From Gammaproteobacteria bacterium (GTDB lineage: Bacteria; Pseudomonadota; Gammaproteobacteria; Eutrophobiales; Eutrophobiaceae): a stretch of 64,000 nt of DNA. The notes below the pieces were generated by a model that ran no database searches, was not told the DNA's origin, and saw nothing but the letters and a program-made list of their open reading frames with translations. The translations under genes were made by a program, and so were the position numbers. Numbering within the stretch: the stretch's first letter is position 1; each line of letters begins with the position of its first letter. This document shows, piece after piece, positions 57,189-64,000 of this stretch. The stretch is taken from contig OZ244905.1 of assembly GCA_965221695.1 (NCBI GenBank), positions 128,001-192,000 of the forward strand. The letters run 5' to 3'.

Positions 57189-57320
57189 ATTCTTAGTATG
57201 CACGCAAGCTAAAAATGAGTGCAGGTTTTTTTTATGATCAATGCTCTTGAGTTAGTTATCCTAAATATAATTTCAGTTGTTTTAGAACCATTATAGAGCA
57301 ATAAGAACGGGGTAAATGCG

Positions 57321-58823
57321 ATGGCAATAATTGACCGTAAAGAATGGTATGACCTGTTAAGGGCGACAAACTGGTCTCCAAAATATGTTTCTGAAGAGGA
57401 ATTATATCCTGAATCCATGTCAGGCAGTCGGGGTCTGAGCCTTGAAGATTGGGAAGTCTATGATGAACCATACAAAGTTACCTATCCCGAGTATGTCGAA
57501 ACTCAGCGTGAAAAAGATTCCGGCGCCTATTCGGTAAAGGCGGCCTTAGAAAGAGATAGATTCATTGATCGGGCTGATCCTGGCTGGGTCAGTACTCTGC
57601 AGGCACATTATGGCGCTATTGCTTTGGGTGAATATGGCGCGGTATCGGGTGAAGCCAGGATGGCCCGCTTTTCTAAGGCGCCAGGTAATCGCAACATGGC
57701 AACTTTTGGGATGATGGATGAGATGCGCCATGCGCAATTACAGTTGTTTTTTCCTCATGCACATTGTAAATCCAGTCGCCGCTGGGATTGGGCGCATAAG
57801 GCATTGCATACCAACGAATGGGCTGCAATAGCCGCGCGCCATTTATTCGAGGATATGATCCTTACACGTGACGCCATCAGTACCGGCATTATGTTGACTT
57901 TCGCTTTTGAGACAGGGTTTACCAATATGCAATTTCTTGGTCTCGCTGCTGATGCTGCCGAGGCGGGTGATCATACGTTTTCCAGCCTGATATCCAGTAT
58001 TCAGACTGATGAATCGCGTCACGCACAACAAGGAGGGCCCATGGTTAAGCTGCTGGTGGAAAAAGGTCTTAAGGACGATGCGCAGAAGTTAGTAGATATA
58101 GCATTTTGGCGTTCATGGAAGTTATTTTCCGTATTGACCGGCCCCATAATGGATTACTACACACCTTTAGAGTTCCGCAAACAATCTTTCAAGGAATTTA
58201 TGGAAGAATGGATTGTAGGCCAGTTTGAACGAAATCTCCTTGATCTTGGTCTGGATAAACCGTGGTATTGGGATGAATTTTTGCGGGCCCTAGATGAAAC
58301 CCATCATGGTATGCACATAGGAGTATGGTATTGGCGTCCTACGGTCTGGTGGAAACCGAGAGCTGGTGTTAATCCGGACGAACGCGAATGGCTTGAAGAA
58401 AAATACCCGGGATGGAACTCCAATTTTGGTCGGATATGGGATGTGATTATCGACAATCTGGTTAATGACAAACCCGAACTAACGCTCCCGGAAACTCTGC
58501 CCGTGATATGTAATATGTCGAATATTCCAATCGTAGGCACGCCGGGAGATGGCTGGAATCTTAAAGATTATCCTCTCGAATATAATGGCAGGTTATACCA
58601 TTTTGGTTCAGCGCCGGATCGATGGTGTTTTGAACAGGAGCCGGAACGTTATGCCGGTCATTTAAACTTTGTTGACCGTTTCCTTAAAGGTTTGATACAA
58701 CCAATGGACTTGAACGGAGCATTGAATTATATGGGACTAGCTCCGGGTGAGATTGGTGAGGATGCTTATGATCTGAGTTGGATAGATGTATACAAAGAGA
58801 TGGTTCATAAGAAGGCAAGTTAA
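57321..58823 (+). CDS. tmoA: Toluene/aromatic monooxygenase hydroxylase alpha subunit (TmoA/TouA-like)
   Basis: WYDL.R.TNW.P.YV, QREKD.GAYSVK, diiron DEMRH and DESRH, FETGFTNMQF, WRPTVWW; C-terminal YHS-like domain. Confidence 0.95.
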   Translation: MAIIDRKEWYDLLRATNWSPKYVSEEELYPESMSGSRGLSLEDWEVYDEPYKVTYPEYVETQREKDSGAYSVKAALERDRFIDRADPGWVSTLQAHYGAIALGEYGAVSGEARMARFSKAPGNRNMATFGMMDEMRHAQLQLFFPHAHCKSSRRWDWAHKALHTNEWAAIAARHLFEDMILTRDAISTGIMLTFAFETGFTNMQFLGLAADAAEAGDHTFSSLISSIQTDESRHAQQGGPMVKLLVEKGLKDDAQKLVDIAFWRSWKLFSVLTGPIMDYYTPLEFRKQSFKEFMEEWIVGQFERNLLDLGLDKPWYWDEFLRALDETHHGMHIGVWYWRPTVWWKPRAGVNPDEREWLEEKYPGWNSNFGRIWDVIIDNLVNDKPELTLPETLPVICNMSNIPIVGTPGDGWNLKDYPLEYNGRLYHFGSAPDRWCFEQEPERYAGHLNFVDRFLKGLIQPMDLNGALNYMGLAPGEIGEDAYDLSWIDVYKEMVHKKAS

Positions 58824-58850
58824 TTTTACTGGTTTGAGCAAGGTGTTGAT

Positions 58851-59111
58851 ATGGCTGCATTCCCATTATTTTCAAATTTTCAACATGACTTCGTAATTCA
58901 GCTTGTTCCCGTTGATGACGAAAACACCATGGATGAGGTTGCAGAAGCAGCGGCTTATCATTCCGTTGGCAGGCGCGTCGCAGCACAGCCTGACAAAATA
59001 ATGCGTGTTCGAAAGCAGGACGCTCAAGAGTTCTTTCCGCGCAATATGAAAGTCAAGGACAGTGGTCTCAAACCCACCGAAACGGTTGAAATTATTTTTT
59101 CCGATCAATAG
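58851..59111 (+). CDS. tmoB: Monooxygenase gamma subunit (TmoB/TouB)
   Basis: FP..S.F..DFV.QLVPVD...TMD.VA..AA.HSVGRRV pattern. Confidence 0.92.
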   Translation: MAAFPLFSNFQHDFVIQLVPVDDENTMDEVAEAAAYHSVGRRVAAQPDKIMRVRKQDAQEFFPRNMKVKDSGLKPTETVEIIFSDQ

Positions 59112-59128
59112 AGGGTTTTTCCGCCATC

Positions 59129-59467
59129 ATGCCGTTCGAAAAAATATGTACGCTTGATGCGGTATGGGAAGGCGAAATGGAAGCATTCGAAACACAGGAT
59201 GGCACAGAAGTATTGATTATGGTGCTTAATGGGGGCGACGTTAAGGCCTATCAGGCAATGTGTCCGCACCAGAGAATCGCTCTGGTTGAAGGGGAATTTG
59301 ATGGTAAGCAGCTAATCTGTCGCGCTCATCTCTGGCAGTTCGATTGTAAATCCGGTAAAGGTATCAACCCGGATAATTGCCGGTTGGCTGAATACCCTAT
59401 CAAAATTGAGGACGATGACTTGTTTGTAAATATAGAAGGCATCATACCTTTTGTTGCCCATACCTGA
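59129..59467 (+). CDS. tmoC: Rieske ferredoxin (TmoC/TouC)
   Basis: CPHQ...CRAHLWQFD..SG.GINP pattern. Confidence 0.93.
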   Translation: MPFEKICTLDAVWEGEMEAFETQDGTEVLIMVLNGGDVKAYQAMCPHQRIALVEGEFDGKQLICRAHLWQFDCKSGKGINPDNCRLAEYPIKIEDDDLFVNIEGIIPFVAHT

Positions 59468-59519
59468 TACTGATAAAAAGCAATCCAGATGAAGAAACCA
59501 ATTATAAGGTCAAACTGCA

Positions 59520-59822
59520 ATGAGCGGTGATGCTTCAAAAAATAATAGAGTAGGTCCGATTATCAGGTCAGGTGAAGTTGCGCAAGCCGTAGCGGAAGCT
59601 GTTGAAATTGATAATCCGGACAAGGAGATATTTGTAGATGATAAGGTGGCTTACTTACGAATCGCTATGGAGAATGAGTGTATTTTGCGAAAGGAAACCA
59701 TGGAAGAGATCCTGGGCCGTGAATTTGAAATGCGGGAACTGGAAATTAATCTCAGTTCATTTGCCGGCCAGATTGAAACTACACCTGAGTATGTGCGTTT
59801 CTATTTTGAGAAAGTACTTTAA
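59520..59822 (+). CDS. tmoD: Effector/coupling protein (TmoD/TouD)
   Basis: N.VGPIIR, EIDNP and [13 protein letters not shown] motifs. Confidence 0.93.
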   Translation: MSGDASKNNRVGPIIRSGEVAQAVAEAVEIDNPDKEIFVDDKVAYLRIAMENECILRKETMEEILGREFEMRELEINLSSFAGQIETTPEYVRFYFEKVL

Positions 59823-59883
59823 TTTACATCTATTGAACCGCCCCGGATTTGCCGGAGGCTCCATTTCTTGAGAGGATGGAGCA

Positions 59884-61103
<1,220 letters not shown>

Positions 61104-61196
61104 CTCAAACTAACGAGTCTCCGGGATTCCCGGGGCGGTTCACTATACAGTAGTAGCAGTAAAAATGCAGAAATCAAAATCTAAAGAGTAACCAGA

Positions 61197-62186
61197 ATGA
61201 GTAAGATACCGGAACCTCTAAAACCATTGAAAACATGGTCTTATCTCGCGGGTAACAGACGCCGACCCAGTGAATACGAGATTGTATCAACTAATCTGCA
61301 TACCAGCCTTGATAACCCTGAGCAACCATGGGAAATGGACATCAATGCTCACATGAATCAGTGGTATCTGAAATACCGGAATAACAGTCCGCTCAAGCTA
61401 GATGACTGGGATAGGTTCCAAGACCCCGATCAGCTTGTATATCGCACCTATAATATCCTGCAAGACGGACAGGAAACTTACGTAAAGAGTTTGTTCGACC
61501 AGTTTAGTGACAGAGAGCACGATAAATCCTTGGACCAAGAATGGGCAGAGCTGTTGTCCAAGGCTTACAGCCCGGTTCGTTATCTTTATCATGGCCTGCA
61601 GATGGGGTCTGCTTATATCGCCCAGATGGCGCCTGCGAGCACTATCACTAACTGCGCCGTGTTCCAGACGGCAGATTCTCTTCGCTGGTTAACACATACA
61701 GCTTATCGTACTCGCGAACTTTCTATAACCTACCCGGATATCGGCTTTGGCCAAAATGAAAAACAACTCTGGGAAGAACATGATGGTTGGCAGGGTTTCA
61801 GAGAATTGGCTGAGAAAGCTTTGGTAGCCTGGGACTGGGGGGAAGCATTCGTTGCCATTAATCTGGTACTAAAGCCGACAGTAGAGGCTTCAATACTCCA
61901 TCAACTCGGAAATGCCGGCAGGCAGCAGGGCGACACCTTGCTTGGTTTATTATCTGATGCCCATTTGCGTGACAGTGAACGCCATAATCGGTGGTCAACA
62001 GCGCTAGTCAAATTTGTTTTAGAGAGTGAAGACAACAAAAAGGAATTGTCGGATTGGTACGAAGCATGGATGCCTTTAGGTTTGGCTGCTGCTAGAGCAT
62101 ATTGTTCAATGTTGCCGGAGGAAGATGAGGCAGCAGATCAAGCCCTGCAGGCATTAAAGAATATTAAGGTTCGGCTTGATCTCTAG
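61197..62186 (+). CDS. tmoE: Monooxygenase hydroxylase beta subunit (TmoE/TouE)
   Basis: LKPLKTWS.LA..RRRPSEYEIVS, F.DPDQ..YRTY...QDGQE and WDWGEAF motifs. Confidence 0.95.
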   Translation: MSKIPEPLKPLKTWSYLAGNRRRPSEYEIVSTNLHTSLDNPEQPWEMDINAHMNQWYLKYRNNSPLKLDDWDRFQDPDQLVYRTYNILQDGQETYVKSLFDQFSDREHDKSLDQEWAELLSKAYSPVRYLYHGLQMGSAYIAQMAPASTITNCAVFQTADSLRWLTHTAYRTRELSITYPDIGFGQNEKQLWEEHDGWQGFRELAEKALVAWDWGEAFVAINLVLKPTVEASILHQLGNAGRQQGDTLLGLLSDAHLRDSERHNRWSTALVKFVLESEDNKKELSDWYEAWMPLGLAAARAYCSMLPEEDEAADQALQALKNIKVRLDL

Positions 62187-62225
62187 TTTAACATCAATTA
62201 ATTTTAACCATCTGCGAAGTAAATC

Positions 62226-63254
62226 ATGTCATATTCAGGTTTTAATATTCAAATTGAAGATCAGGATGAAGCCTATATATGCGACCCCAATGATACAATT
62301 CTTCGCAGTGCGTTGCGTGCTGGTCTGGGTTTTCCCTATGAATGCAATTCAGGTTGGTGTGGCAGTTGTAAATTTGAACTAGTTGCAGGTGATGTAAATA
62401 CAATTTGGGAAAATGCCCCCGGTCTTTCTCACCGGGATATTCGAAAAGGAAGAAAACTTGCCTGCCAATCCATACCACAGGGCGACTGTATCATCAAAAC
62501 TAGCCCTGATGACAGATTTTGTCCCAAAAACAAACCTATCCGCGCATCTGCCGAACTTTATCGTGTAAATCAACTGACAGCAGACATGGCGGAGTTTTGT
62601 TTCAAAACAAAACAGGTTGCCGATTTCCTCCCTGGTCAATACGCTTTGTTACAAATAAAGAATATATCAGGAGTCCGCGCATATTCAATGTCCAATTTAC
62701 CAAACACTGACGGTGAATGGCATTTTATTATAAAGAAAATAGAAAATGGCGTAGCAACACAAGAAATTTTCAAAAAAATCAAGGTTGGAGACACAATAAG
62801 ACTTGATGGACCTTATGGACTCGCTTATTTACGTCCGGATAGCCCTCGCGATATCGTCTGCATCGGAGGTGGTTCCGGAATATCGCCAATAATGTCTATC
62901 ATAAGAGCCGCTGTTCGAGAGTCGCAACTGAGCGACAAAATAATATATCTGTTTTACGGTGGACGTGGACCCGCTGATATTTGCGTGCCAAAGTTAATTG
63001 CTAATGAAAATGAATTGAATAATCGGATCATTAATCTGAACGCAATTTCTGAACCTGCCTTGGACCCAACTGGTGTCTGGGGAGGAGATATTTGTTTTGT
63101 CCATGAACTGGTCGAGAAGAAACTTGCAACGACCATGCAAAACTATGAATTTTATTTTTGTGGTCCAATGAAGATGACGGAGACTATAGCTCGAAAACTA
63201 ATGATTGACTATCAAGTACCGTTTGAACAACTCCACTATGATCGCTTTTTTTAG
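62226..63254 (+). CDS. tmoF: NADH:ferredoxin oxidoreductase (TmoF/TouF)
   Basis: YECNSG.CGSC 2Fe-2S, RAYSMSN, GPYG, GGGSGISP, YFCGP and C-terminal DRFF. Confidence 0.93.
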   Translation: MSYSGFNIQIEDQDEAYICDPNDTILRSALRAGLGFPYECNSGWCGSCKFELVAGDVNTIWENAPGLSHRDIRKGRKLACQSIPQGDCIIKTSPDDRFCPKNKPIRASAELYRVNQLTADMAEFCFKTKQVADFLPGQYALLQIKNISGVRAYSMSNLPNTDGEWHFIIKKIENGVATQEIFKKIKVGDTIRLDGPYGLAYLRPDSPRDIVCIGGGSGISPIMSIIRAAVRESQLSDKIIYLFYGGRGPADICVPKLIANENELNNRIINLNAISEPALDPTGVWGGDICFVHELVEKKLATTMQNYEFYFCGPMKMTETIARKLMIDYQVPFEQLHYDRFF

Positions 63255-63400
63255 CTTTGTGTATAGTCCTATATTGGATAAAGCCATACAATTCAGTGAG
63301 CCGTAGGACATCTATATGAGATGCCTGGTTAACATCGGTCCGATAACACATTGTTTGATGGTTACGCTGGTTTAGGCTGGTCGCCGAGAGTGAGAAATCA

Positions 63401-63757
63401 ATGCAGGTTTTACTGATTCTTTGGGAACCCAATGATAAAAGGCGCGCTCTGTCCCAGCAGAAGCAGAAAGAGTACCTGCGCTCACTGGACGGCGCAATCA
63501 ACGAGGCGCGCAGCCATGGCGTGATGACCCTGGGTTGGAGCCGGGTGGACCGCTCGCTGAACAACGCGCCGGCTGAGGGTTATGTTGGCGTGTTTGCGAT
63601 GGACTCGGCGCAGGCCATTCATGAACTGGACAGAAATATTCAGCAATCTCTGTGGTATGAGTATTTCGATTCCGTCAATATCAGCATCAACCTGGAAGGT
63701 GAAACAGAGCCAGAACCGCACCGGGTCTACGCCAGGTTGCTGGGACTTGATAGTTGA
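63401..63757 (+). CDS. Hypothetical protein (DUF6616-like dimeric alpha-beta barrel)
   Basis: 118-aa ORF with ALS....EY and WYEYFDSVN pattern; family recalled, not verified. Confidence 0.5.
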   Translation: MQVLLILWEPNDKRRALSQQKQKEYLRSLDGAINEARSHGVMTLGWSRVDRSLNNAPAEGYVGVFAMDSAQAIHELDRNIQQSLWYEYFDSVNISINLEGETEPEPHRVYARLLGLDS

Positions 63758-63760
63758 TCG

Positions 63761-63796
63761 TTGACAATATCGATATTTTATGAAAATATCGATATT
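63761..63796 (+). promoter_or_regulatory. TTGACA box overlapped by tandem palindromic operators
   Basis: AATATCGATATT at 63766-63777 and 63785-63796, upstream of the dmpK-like gene. Confidence 0.6.
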
Positions 63797-63838
63797 ATTT
63801 CGTATCCTGGGTATGATAAACAGCAAAAAGCAGGTATT

Positions 63839-64000
63839 ATGACGGCGCAGAAACGTTACGTGCGCATCACCAGCAGAGACAGGCCGGGATTTGTCGAGTT
63901 CAATTTTTCCCTCGGCGATCCGGCTCTCTACCTGGAAATGATTTTGCCAACTGCAGCGTTTACCGAGTTTTGCCGGGACAATCAGGTAACGTTTCTGGGC
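63839..64000 (+). CDS. dmpK: Phenol hydroxylase P0 assembly subunit (DmpK-like), 3' truncated
   Basis: My translation: MTAQKRYVRITSRDRPGFVEFNFSLGDPALYLEMILPTAAFTEFCRDNQVTFLG, matching the DmpK pattern YVR...FVEF.F.IGDP.L..E.ILP..AF..FC..N.V. Not in the supplied ORF track. Confidence 0.88.
   Translation, partial: MTAQKRYVRITSRDRPGFVEFNFSLGDPALYLEMILPTAAFTEFCRDNQVTFLG

Overview
A 64-kb, gene-dense catabolic region, probably from a Proteobacterium (inferred from the TonB receptors and the sigma54/XylR system; likely Gammaproteobacteria). The left ~42 kb is GC-richer. It holds two TonB-dependent receptors with exported amidohydrolases, and an AT-rich RloA/RloB-type ATPase/partner module bracketed by a 108-bp direct repeat. 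It also encodes a fused hydantoinase/5-oxoprolinase, a Tat-exported MBL hydrolase, a class III aminotransferase, a divergent AhcY paralogue, PhoD, a CTP-dependent riboflavin kinase-HAD fusion, split IorA/IorB genes around DUF1989-MFS-ureohydrolase genes, a UbiD / cyclic amidohydrolase / nitrilase / molybdenum hydroxylase cluster with CoxD/E/G, and VapBC. A 151-bp five-hairpin MITE-like element with IS5-like ends is scattered through this part (2 full copies, about 10 fragments). The right ~22 kb is visibly AT-richer and devoted to aromatic degradation. It contains a DmpD-type hydrolase, aniline-dioxygenase-like genes (TdnA1/A2/TdnQ, with no TdnT or TdnB) downstream of a BNR-RND-DUF1302-DUF1329 transport module, and a XylR/DmpR activator. 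It continues with a Zn-dehydrogenase, a complete six-gene toluene-monooxygenase-type operon interrupted by an intact IS3-family element, and the start of a DmpK phenol hydroxylase gene. No rRNA, tRNA or CRISPR array was seen. All family assignments come from motif recognition by eye, not database searches.
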